In this document: in pieces, positions 1 to 7,832 of the stretch
Position numbering within the stretch: position 1 is the first letter of the stretch
Layout: each line of letters starts with the position of its first letter
DNA from: Rhodothermales bacterium
GTDB lineage: Bacteria; Bacteroidota; Rhodothermia; Rhodothermales; VXPQ01
Length of the DNA stretch: 64,000 nucleotides
Direction: 5' to 3'
Assembly (NCBI GenBank): GCA_965116435.1
Contig: OZ220686.1
Coordinates: 1,594,844 to 1,658,843, forward strand
Program-made: the position numbers and the translations under genes
The notes under the pieces: generated by a model
Seen by the model: the letters and a program-made list of their open reading frames with translations, nothing else
Told to the model about the DNA's origin: nothing
Database searches by the model: none

Positions 1-109
1 GAATTCGCGTGCCTCGCGGGCGGGTGCGCCCTTTGGTACGGGGGAATATGGCGCACGGTATGCCACGAACGCAGACAATAACGAAGCAAAACGACCCGAC
101 CCCTTGATT

Positions 110-125
110 TTTAGCCTTGGCTAAA
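110..125. promoter_or_regulatory. Perfect palindrome TTTAGCC-TT-GGCTAAA upstream of the metal-uptake operon; candidate DtxR/MntR-type operator
   Basis: 7-bp arms are exact reverse complements. It lies in an AT-richer stretch about 180-250 nt upstream of the possible starts of the substrate-binding protein gene. The half-site TTAGCC/GGCTAA resembles the core of the DtxR/IdeR iron box as I recall it. Confidence 0.3.
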
Positions 126-306
126 CTTATATTTAGATACGCTATACTTTTGCGGCCTTCCTGTTGCGGCCTTACGAACCTCCGCGAACCAGGCCGGGCT
201 GAATTCGCGAGCCCGCTGATTTTTTCGGGATGATCCAGATGATCCAGATGATCGGAATAATCCAACCCTTGCGAACAGACCAACCCGATCTGGCCGCACG
301 GACAGG

Positions 307-1440
307 ATGGGCCTGACCTGTTCAACCCGCCCGCCTCGCCGCCCTCTTCACATTCTTCCTCGCCCGATGCACCCAATGCGTCCAATGCGCCCGATGCGCC
401 CCATACGATCGTATTCCCTGCTACCCGCTATCCGGTACGCCGCGGGCCCGAAGGTCCTCGCAAGCGCACTGGGCACACTGGGCGCTCTTGGTACCCAGTG
501 CACCGCACTCACCTTAGCCGCGCTGGTTGCCCTGGGCGCCATAACCGGGTGCGGACAGACGCGAGGCCACGACGCAGCCTCGCCGAACCAGCTCGGCGTC
601 GTGGTCACCACCAGTATGATCGCGGACCTGACCGCGCAGATCGGCGGCGAGCGCGTCTCCGTGACCGGCCTCATGGGGCCGGGCGTGGACCCGCACCTGT
701 ACAAGGCCAGCGCTGGCGACGTGACCCGCCTGTCCCAGGCCGACGTCATCCTGTACAACGGGTTGCATCTGGAAGGCAAGATGGGCGACGTCTTCGAGCA
801 AATGCACGGGCGCGGCGTACCCGTATTCGCCGTGGCGGAAGAAAGCACGACCCCGGAAGACCTGATCGACTCGGAGCGGTTCCAGGGCAACTACGACCCG
901 CATGTGTGGTTCGACATAGCCCTGTGGAAAAAGGCGGCCCGACGCGTACAGGAAATCCTGGCGGAAGCCGATCCCCTCCATGCGGAAACCTACCAGCAAC
1001 GCCTCGACGCGTACCTTGCGGAGATGGATCGCGTGCATGCGTACGTCCGGGAACAGGCCGACGCCCTGCCGGCGGACCGCCGCGTCCTCGTCACGTCGCA
1101 CGACGCCTTCGGCTATTTCGGCCGGGCGTACGGATTCGAAGTCCATGGGCTGCAAGGCATTAGCACGGCCTCGGAGGCGGGCGCGGCGGACGTGCAACAC
1201 CTTGCCGACCTGGTGGCCCGCCGCCGGATTCCGGCCATGTTCGTCGAAACCTCCATATCTCCCCGAGGCATCGAAGCCGTACAGGAAGCGGTCCGCGCCC
1301 GCGGATTCGACGTGGATGTCGGGGGAACGCTCTACGGCGACGCGCTCGGAGACCCCGACTCGCAGGCCGGCGCGTACCTCGGGATGATGCGCGCAAACAT
1401 CGACGCTATCGTGGCGGCCCTGTCCAGGGATCCTGCGTGA
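307..1440 (+). CDS. Metal (Mn/Zn/Fe) ABC transporter substrate-binding lipoprotein, TroA/MntA/ZnuA (cluster 9) family
   Basis: [10 protein letters not shown] and YDPHVWFD motifs are typical of the TroA/ZnuA family. Lipobox-like AITGC. First gene of a 4-gene operon. Start uncertain: in-frame ATGs at 367-394 lie inside a 9-bp PMR repeat. Confidence 0.88.
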   Translation: MGLTCSTRPPRRPLHILPRPMHPMRPMRPMRPIRSYSLLPAIRYAAGPKVLASALGTLGALGTQCTALTLAALVALGAITGCGQTRGHDAASPNQLGVVVTTSMIADLTAQIGGERVSVTGLMGPGVDPHLYKASAGDVTRLSQADVILYNGLHLEGKMGDVFEQMHGRGVPVFAVAEESTTPEDLIDSERFQGNYDPHVWFDIALWKKAARRVQEILAEADPLHAETYQQRLDAYLAEMDRVHAYVREQADALPADRRVLVTSHDAFGYFGRAYGFEVHGLQGISTASEAGAADVQHLADLVARRRIPAMFVETSISPRGIEAVQEAVRARGFDVDVGGTLYGDALGDPDSQAGAYLGMMRANIDAIVAALSRDPA

Positions 1441-2315
1441 AGGACGCGGCAGCCATAGAAGTGCGCGACCTGACCGTCGCCTACCGGGACCAGCCCGTGC
1501 TGTGGGACATCGACCTGACCGTGCCGCCCGGCGTGCTCATGGCCGTCGTGGGACCCAACGGCGCCGGAAAAACCACCTTCGTCAAGGCCCTGCTGGGGCT
1601 GTTGCCGATTTCTGCAGGCCGCATCCGGTTCTTCGGAGCGCCCTATGAGACCTCCCGGCAAGACATCGCCTATGTGCCGCAACGGGGTAGCGTGGATTGG
1701 GATTTCCCGACCAGCGCGCTGGACGTGGTGATGATGGGGCGCTACGGGCGCCTTGGATGGATGCGCCGCCCGGGCAAACGCGAACGCGCGCAGGCGCAGG
1801 AAGCGCTGGCCCGCGTGGGCATGGAAGCGTTCGCCGACCGGCAGATTCGGCAACTGTCCGGCGGACAACAGCAACGCGTGTTTCTGGCGCGCGCCCTGGT
1901 GCAGGATGCCCGGGTGTACCTGATGGACGAACCTTTCCAGGGGGTGGACGCCGTCACGGAACGGGCCATCATCGACCTGCTGCGGGCGTTGCGGGCGCAG
2001 GGACGCACATTGCTCGTCGTGCACCACGACCTGCAAACCGTCGAGGAATACTTCGACCATGCGATGCTGCTGAATGTCCGGCGGATTGCTTCCGGCCCGG
2101 TCGCAAAGGCCTTTACGCCGGAGAATCTGCGCCTTGCGTACGGCGGACGCATCGCCTTTTTGCGAAGCGTGGAGACGAGCGGCCCGGTCGAACCCGACGA
2201 AACCTCCGCCTCCTCTACCCCTCCCGAACCCCCTGCATCTTCAAAAGCCGCCCCTTCCACCCCTCCTGAACCCACCGAACCGTCCGAACCCGCCGCCCCT
2301 TCCAGACCCTCCTGA
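1437..2315 (+). CDS. Metal ABC transporter ATP-binding protein (TroB/MntB/ZnuC-like) with a Pro/Glu/Ser-rich C-terminal tail
   Basis: Walker [10 protein letters not shown], signature LSGGQQQR, Walker B VYLMDEP. GTG start overlaps the upstream stop (GTGA at 1437-1440). Confidence 0.92.
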   Translation: MKDAAAIEVRDLTVAYRDQPVLWDIDLTVPPGVLMAVVGPNGAGKTTFVKALLGLLPISAGRIRFFGAPYETSRQDIAYVPQRGSVDWDFPTSALDVVMMGRYGRLGWMRRPGKRERAQAQEALARVGMEAFADRQIRQLSGGQQQRVFLARALVQDARVYLMDEPFQGVDAVTERAIIDLLRALRAQGRTLLVVHHDLQTVEEYFDHAMLLNVRRIASGPVAKAFTPENLRLAYGGRIAFLRSVETSGPVEPDETSASSTPPEPPASSKAAPSTPPEPTEPSEPAAPSRPS

Positions 2316-2353
2316 ACCCACGGAGCCGTCCGAACCCCCCACTCCCTTCCAGA
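2261..2353. repeat. Tandem 46/47-bp direct repeat at the 3' end of the ATPase gene
   Basis: Unit ccctcctgaacccacSgaRccgtccgaaccc...ccttccaga occurs at 2261-2306 and 2307-2353, with a partial third start after 2354. The unit is not a multiple of 3. The TGA read as ..CCT GAA.. in unit 1 becomes the in-frame stop (2313-2315) in unit 2. Confidence 0.75.
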
Positions 2354-2417
2354 CCCTCTCGAACGCGCCGAACGAACCGGCCCGCCCCTGCGCATCACCC
2401 TGCACCTCCAAACCCCC

Positions 2418-3524
2418 ATGGAATACCTGTTCAGCGACTATACGCTACGCATGGTGGCGCTGGGTTCCGCCGTACTGGGCATTGTGAGCGGCGGACTGGG
2501 GACGTACGCCGTACTGCGCGGGCAAAGCCTCCTCGGCGACGCCATTTCGCACGCCGCCCTGCCCGGCGTCGCGCTGGCTTTCCTGGTGACGGGAAGCAAG
2601 GCCCCGCTGGCGCTCATGATCGGCGCCGCGCTGGCGGGATGGCTGGCCACCCTCTGGATTCTGTCCATCACAGAAACCACCCGCATCAAGTACGACAGCA
2701 TGCTGGCCCTGGCGCTGTCCGTGTTCTTTGGCGTGGGGCTGGTCCTGCTCACGTGGATTCGGCAACACGCCGGGGCCGCCCAGGCCGGGCTGGATACGTT
2801 TTTGTTCGGACAGGCATCCTCCCTGGTCCGCCGCGACGTCGTCGCCATGGCCATTCCGGGCGGGGCCGCGCTCCTCCTTGCGGGGCTTTTCTGGAAAGAA
2901 CTGAAATTGCTGGCCTTCGACCCGGAATATGGACGCACGCTGGGCTTGCCCATGCGGCGCGTGGACCTCTTCCTGACCGCGCTGCTGGTCGTGGCCATCG
3001 TCATCGGACTGCAAACCGTCGGCGTCGTGCTGATGAGCGCCATGCTCGTGGCGCCCGCCGCCGCCGCCAGGCAATGGACGGATGTCCTGTGGAAAATGGT
3101 CCTGCTGTCCGCCGGGTTCGGCGCGGCGGGGGGCGTCTCCGGGGCCGTGCTCAGCAGCCTCGAAACCGGCCTCCCGACCGGGCCGCTGATCGTGCTCTGC
3201 ATGGGGGCGATCGTGGTGGCGTCCCTCTTCCTGGCGCCGAAGCGCGGCCTGCTGGGACAGCGCCTGCGAAGACGGCGGAATGCGGGACGTTTCCAGCGCG
3301 AACGCGTGCTGCTGGACCTCTACGCGCTGGGCATGCAGCACCACGACCCGCTGCGCCCCCACCCGCAGGGCGCGGTGCAAGCGATGCGGGCGCAAGACAT
3401 TCCCGTAGACCGCCTGCTTATGCGTCTGGAAAAGGAAGGCCTCGTCCGCCGCGCAGAGGATGGATGGGCTCTGAGCGAGGCGGGCCGGCGCCGCGCGGAA
3501 ACGCTGAAAACAGAACAACGATGA
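2418..3524 (+). CDS. Metal ABC transporter permease (ABC-3, TroC/MntC-like) with a C-terminal DtxR-like winged-helix extension
   Basis: Multi-TM ABC-3-like body (DAISHAALPGVALAF). After the last TM come an Arg-rich linker (RLRRRRN) and a roughly 80-aa soluble tail ...DRLLMRLEKEGLVRRAEDGWALSEAGRRRAETL. Confidence 0.88.
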   Translation: MEYLFSDYTLRMVALGSAVLGIVSGGLGTYAVLRGQSLLGDAISHAALPGVALAFLVTGSKAPLALMIGAALAGWLATLWILSITETTRIKYDSMLALALSVFFGVGLVLLTWIRQHAGAAQAGLDTFLFGQASSLVRRDVVAMAIPGGAALLLAGLFWKELKLLAFDPEYGRTLGLPMRRVDLFLTALLVVAIVIGLQTVGVVLMSAMLVAPAAAARQWTDVLWKMVLLSAGFGAAGGVSGAVLSSLETGLPTGPLIVLCMGAIVVASLFLAPKRGLLGQRLRRRRNAGRFQRERVLLDLYALGMQHHDPLRPHPQGAVQAMRAQDIPVDRLLMRLEKEGLVRRAEDGWALSEAGRRRAETLKTEQR

Positions 3525-4636
3525 CCCAGGGAGAGCTTGAAATCCAGCTGCTCGCCGTGGTCGTCGCGGCGGCGTGCGCGCTTCCGGGCGCGTTCCTCGT
3601 GCTGCGCAAAATGGCCATGATGAGCGACGCCATAAGCCACGCCATCTTGCCGGGCATCGTTGTGGCGTTTTTCTGGACCCACGACCTGAATTCCCCCCTG
3701 CTGATTCTGGCCGCGGCGGCTACAGGCGTACTCACCGCCATGCTGGTCGAACTGCTCATCTCCACGCAGCGCGTCCGGGAAGATGCGGCGATCGGGCTGG
3801 TGTTTCCCGTGTTATTCAGCGTGGGCGTACTCCTCATCGCTCGCTACGCCGGGGACGTGCACCTCGATACCGACGCAGTGCTCCTCGGCGAACCGGCCTT
3901 CGCCCCGTTCGACCGGCTCGTGGTGGCGGGACGGGATATCGGACCGCGCGCGCTGTACGCGACGGGCGCGGCGGGGCTGGCGAACGCCGTCTTCATCGCC
4001 CTGTTCTACAAGGAACTGAAGATCGCCACATTCGATGCGGGCCTCGCGGCGACGCTGGGGTTCGCCCCAGCGCTGATCCATTACGGACTCATGACCCTCG
4101 TTTCGCTCACCGCCGTGGCGGCGTTCGACGCCGTGGGGTCCATCCTCGTCGTGGCCCTGATGGTCGCGCCGTCCGCAGCGGCCTGCCTGCTCACCGACCG
4201 GCTCCGCACCATGATCCTGTGGAGCGTGGCGCTTGGCGTGGTTTCCGCGCTGGCGGGATTCCAGGCGGCCCGCCTCTTCGACGTATCCATCGCCGGCGCC
4301 ATGGCCGCGGCGGCGGGGGCGATCTTTGCGATGGTCTGGCTGGCGGCTCCCCGGTACGGCGTGCTCGCGGGCCGGCGGCGTCGCAGGCGGCAAAAATGGG
4401 AATTCGCCGAGAAAATGCTGGCCATTCACCTGTTCAACCACGAAGGGCTGCCCGAGGCGGATATAGAACACCGGGTCGGGCACCTCGAAGAACATCTCTC
4501 CTGGGAACGGGATTTTGCGCAGCGGGTCGTCCGCCGGGCGCAATCGAACGGGCTGGTACGGCGCGCCGGCGACGACATGCTGGCCTTGACCCCGAAGGGC
4601 CGCAAAGCCGCCTCCGAGGCCATCGAGAACCTGTAG
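3521..4636 (+). CDS. Second metal ABC transporter permease (TroD/MntD-like), also with a C-terminal DtxR-like winged-helix extension
   Basis: ATG at 3521 overlaps the upstream stop (ATGA). MTQGELEIQLLAVVV... DAISHAILPGIVVAF. Tail after RRRRRRQK: ...FAQRVVRRAQSNGLVRRAGDDMLALTPKGRKAASEAIENL. The longer track ORF from 2639 overlaps the previous gene in another frame. Confidence 0.85.
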   Translation: MTQGELEIQLLAVVVAAACALPGAFLVLRKMAMMSDAISHAILPGIVVAFFWTHDLNSPLLILAAAATGVLTAMLVELLISTQRVREDAAIGLVFPVLFSVGVLLIARYAGDVHLDTDAVLLGEPAFAPFDRLVVAGRDIGPRALYATGAAGLANAVFIALFYKELKIATFDAGLAATLGFAPALIHYGLMTLVSLTAVAAFDAVGSILVVALMVAPSAAACLLTDRLRTMILWSVALGVVSALAGFQAARLFDVSIAGAMAAAAGAIFAMVWLAAPRYGVLAGRRRRRRQKWEFAEKMLAIHLFNHEGLPEADIEHRVGHLEEHLSWERDFAQRVVRRAQSNGLVRRAGDDMLALTPKGRKAASEAIENL

Positions 4637-4826
4637 TATCCCGGATTCCGCGAATTACGCGGTGGGGTCCGAGGAGGGGTCGGAAGCCGGATCGGAAACC
4701 GGATCAGAAACCGCAAAGGGCCGCAAAGCCGCCTCCGAGGCCATTGAGAACCTGTAGGGCCCCGGATTCCGCGAATTACGCGGTGGGGTCAGTGGAGGGG
4801 TCGGAAGCCGGATCAGAAGCAGGACC
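4596..4826. repeat. Tandem ~121-bp duplication spanning the tail-to-tail junction of the permease and CcmF-like genes
   Basis: Unit 1 about 4596-4716, unit 2 about 4717-4826. Each unit holds the last ~12 codons of the + gene (GRKAASEAIENL*), a small hairpin ccgcg-aatta-cgcgg (4648-4662 and 4769-4783) and the last codons of the - gene (..SDP..DPTA*). Each gene uses the copy nearest to it. Confidence 0.85.
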
Positions 4827-7331
4827 GGACACAGGATCGGAAGCAGCATCAGAGGCGGTCAGGCGTTTTTCCCGCCGCGCGCTGTAGCGGTGGTCCGCAT
4901 AGCGCCGCCAGACGGCCAGCCCGAACCCGCCGGTAAGCAGCAGGAATCCCAACCACAGGAAGTTGATGAACGGCTTTTCCCAGGCCTGCACCACAATCCA
5001 TTCATCGGGCGAAACAGCGACCCCTTCCAGAAAAAGGCGAATGGAGCCGTTATCCACGTTCATGCCCGTAAACGTGACCGTCAAGTCCCAGTCGTTCACG
5101 CGATTCTGAATGTATTGCTGCGTACGGTCCTGCATGATCAGATAGACCGGGCTCAGACGACGGGTTTCGCGGGTTTCCAGATTCGTCACGTCCAACAAGG
5201 CCGCCACGCCAATTTCCGTGGAATCGGGCAGGTCGGGGATGTTCGTCTGGTAATTGACGAACCGGATGGCGAACGCGTCGCCACCCACCACCGTGGAATC
5301 TCCCCGGGAGATGGTCAGTTCGCCCTGTTTGGCGGCAGGGTCTTCGGTTTCTTCGTCCGTCTCGTACATGGCGCTGGGCGACACCGCTACGAATATATCC
5401 TTGTCCAGGTACATTTCGTGGTCGGGATGCTGGATCCACTGCGCCTGCGTGCTTTTGTATACGACCGGGCGGACGGTGAAGGCGCGTCCGTTCGAATCGA
5501 CGAAATCCAGCACGTACACCGGACGGTTGCGGGCCGTGCGTTCGCGCCCGGACCAGGTCACGAGGTATCCCCCCACCGAGCGCGTCTGGCCTCGCTCCAG
5601 CACGAACGTATCCGAGCGATCCGTCAGCGGCGCGCCGCGCAATACGCCGATGGGCTTGCTGAACCCGCTGGACGCCACGATGGCCAGCGCCATAATGGCG
5701 AAGCCCACATGCGCCGTGGCGCCGCCCGCCATGCGCGGATTGCCGCGCCCGATCTTCCAGAGCACCATCCCGTTTCCGTAGAGCGCAAAGAACGCCATGA
5801 ACACAAGGAGCAGCAGCATAATGCCTGTCCCGTAGACCTCCCCGAAACCCCGGATCCCTTCGATCAACCCGAATCCCGCCTGCGCAGCCTCCGGGACGCC
5901 GCCCGCCGCCGATACGTCGGGCCGCTGAACGGTTGCCGCCGCAAACGGCGTAAAAATCAGCACCGCGACCGTACTGACCACCGCCCCGAGGATCGGTTTG
6001 AGCAGGACCCGGTTCGCCTGCTCGATATTCATCCGGTTCCACCAGAACAACTGCCCGAGGCCCGCAAGGAACACGATCAGGATGGAGAGCGGGAGCGACC
6101 ACTTGTTGTAGAACTCGATGGGCACCGTAGAAGGCGCCTCCCGAAACAGTTTCCCCAGAATAGGCGAACTGGTGCCTACGGTCACGACGGCGGCCAGGCA
6201 CGCCAGCAGCATGGCGCCGCAGAACGTCATGAACTCGCGCGAGAGCACGTTGGGTTCGCGGTCGGGCGCAGGCAGCTCCCGATACCGAACCGCAAAAAAG
6301 CCGAACCCGACCGCGCCCATGGCCAAGATCCAGACGAGCAGCTGGTTCATCATGCCCAGATCGACGAAGGAATGCACAGACACGTCGCCCAGTATCCCGC
6401 TCCGGGTCAGAAACGTCGAGTAAATGACCAGCATGTACGACAGGATGCAGAACAGGAAGGTGGATTTGTGGGCCCGCCCGCTTTTCTTCCGGATAATCAT
6501 GGCGTGGACCGCCGCGATGCCCGTAAGCCAGGGCACGAGGGAGGAATTTTCCACGGGATCCCACGCCCAGTAGCCGCCGAACGAAAGCGTTTCGTACGCC
6601 CAATAGCCGCCCATCGCAATGCCCACGCCCAGCACGGCGGTCGCGGCGAGCGCCCAGGGCAACGCCTGCGGAATCCACTCGACGTACCGGCGTTTCCACA
6701 GCGCCGCAATGGCGAATGCAAACGGAACCGCCATGAGCGTGAAGCCCATGAAAAGCGTCGGCGGATGAATGACCATCCAGTAATTCTGGAGCAAATCGTT
6801 CAGCCCCGACCCGTCCGCAGGCAGGAACCCCGGAATTTGCAGCATGGGCGCGTCCGGGAACTTGTCGGCGAGCGTGGCGAAGGGCGACGCGCCAACCCGC
6901 AGCGGCCCCAGCTGCAACCCCGCAATCATGGACGTCAGAAACCATTGCGACCCCGCCAGAATCGTCATCACAGGGGCTTCCCAGGCCCGCCGCAAGCGCA
7001 TCAGCGCCAGGCCGAGCGCGCTCATCAGGAGAATCCAGAGCAGAAACGACCCCTCCTGACCGGCCCAGAACGACGAAACCAGAAAGTGGGTCGGCAGCGC
7101 GCGGGAGGTTTGCTGATATACGTAGGCGTACTGGAACTGATGCGTGAGGAGCAGGACCATCAGGATCGCCGCCGCCGCCGCAAGGCTTGCGGTCATGCCA
7201 ATCCACGCAACACGGCCAATCCGCTTCCATTCGGCGTCGCCGGTGCGCGCCGCCCGAAGATATGCGTAGCCCGCAAGCGCGCAGCCCACAAAGCCGAACA
7301 GGACCAGAATGTGCCCGATGACGCCGGACAT
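4776..7331 (-). CDS. Cytochrome c biogenesis heme lyase, CcmF/NrfE family (extended, 851 aa)
   Basis: Trp-rich heme-handling motif GGYWAWDPVENSSLVPWL, many TM helices, CcmF-like N-terminus. C-terminal ASDP-type low-complexity tail. Confidence 0.8.
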   Translation of the reverse strand: MSGVIGHILVLFGFVGCALAGYAYLRAARTGDAEWKRIGRVAWIGMTASLAAAAAILMVLLLTHQFQYAYVYQQTSRALPTHFLVSSFWAGQEGSFLLWILLMSALGLALMRLRRAWEAPVMTILAGSQWFLTSMIAGLQLGPLRVGASPFATLADKFPDAPMLQIPGFLPADGSGLNDLLQNYWMVIHPPTLFMGFTLMAVPFAFAIAALWKRRYVEWIPQALPWALAATAVLGVGIAMGGYWAYETLSFGGYWAWDPVENSSLVPWLTGIAAVHAMIIRKKSGRAHKSTFLFCILSYMLVIYSTFLTRSGILGDVSVHSFVDLGMMNQLLVWILAMGAVGFGFFAVRYRELPAPDREPNVLSREFMTFCGAMLLACLAAVVTVGTSSPILGKLFREAPSTVPIEFYNKWSLPLSILIVFLAGLGQLFWWNRMNIEQANRVLLKPILGAVVSTVAVLIFTPFAAATVQRPDVSAAGGVPEAAQAGFGLIEGIRGFGEVYGTGIMLLLLVFMAFFALYGNGMVLWKIGRGNPRMAGGATAHVGFAIMALAIVASSGFSKPIGVLRGAPLTDRSDTFVLERGQTRSVGGYLVTWSGRERTARNRPVYVLDFVDSNGRAFTVRPVVYKSTQAQWIQHPDHEMYLDKDIFVAVSPSAMYETDEETEDPAAKQGELTISRGDSTVVGGDAFAIRFVNYQTNIPDLPDSTEIGVAALLDVTNLETRETRRLSPVYLIMQDRTQQYIQNRVNDWDLTVTFTGMNVDNGSIRLFLEGVAVSPDEWIVVQAWEKPFINFLWLGFLLLTGGFGLAVWRRYADHRYSARREKRLTASDAASDPVSGPASDPASDPSTDPTA

Positions 7332-7832
7332 GAGCCTTATCTGTTACTTACAGAATGTTACGTACGAGCCTGCGCCGAACGCGACCGGGGCAAGGCGGCG
7401 GGGAGACGATCCCCGGCCCGGTATGCCCGGTGTGCGCCGTGCGGCGGGCGCGTAAAAACGCGTAAAAAATGGAGCGCCCCGGCCCCTGCAGGCGCAAGAA
7501 GCACCCGAAGTCGGCGCCGGGGCGTCTCCCGAAAAGGACGCGCTCCCGAGCGGTGGATAGAAGAACCTCTACCTTGAACAATGCGGGAATCACTCGCATT
7601 CTTCCGATCGTCCCTGCCTTTCCGAAGAAAAGACCTCGCTTGCGTGCAAGGAGGGTGGGCCTGCCGTCCGAATGTGAAGACCGACTCCCTTATGAATATC
7701 CTTGTCAGGTTCTAATATGCATCCGCAACAGGTGCGCGCTATCCCATCCGTTTATGGACAGGAATAGGCTTTTTAACGGCAGAAGCGTCAAGGGTTCCCC
7801 ACCCGATCGCCCAGCCCGATCACACTGGCCGA

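Noticed and set aside
1-6. GAATTC at the very first bases as evidence of a cloning (EcoRI) boundary
   Set aside because: This cannot be distinguished from chance. Other GAATTC sites occur inside the window, and it has no bearing on the biology.
2639-3520. N-terminal 294-aa extension of the second permease ORF (track ORF 2639-4636)
   Set aside because: It overlaps the first permease gene in another frame and is Arg/Gly/Pro-rich. A clean ATG at 3521 with ATGA coupling gives a full-length ABC-3 permease.
7473-7525. Hairpin gcgccccggc...gccggggcg in the 500-bp gap between the CcmF-like and TonB receptor genes, considered as a terminator or ncRNA
   Set aside because: It has a large (~30-nt) loop and no U-tract, and it is badly placed for terminating the receptor gene (stop at 7833). 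I could not see any conserved structure.
4890-7577. 895-aa ORF on the + strand. Similar very long antisense ORFs occur at 49790-52942, 36066-38777, 43782-45587, 24300-26621, 27660-29186 and 30040-31530.
   Set aside because: They are mirror-frame shadow ORFs opposite well-supported genes in high-GC DNA. Their translations are Arg/Pro/Gly/His-rich low complexity with no recognisable motifs.
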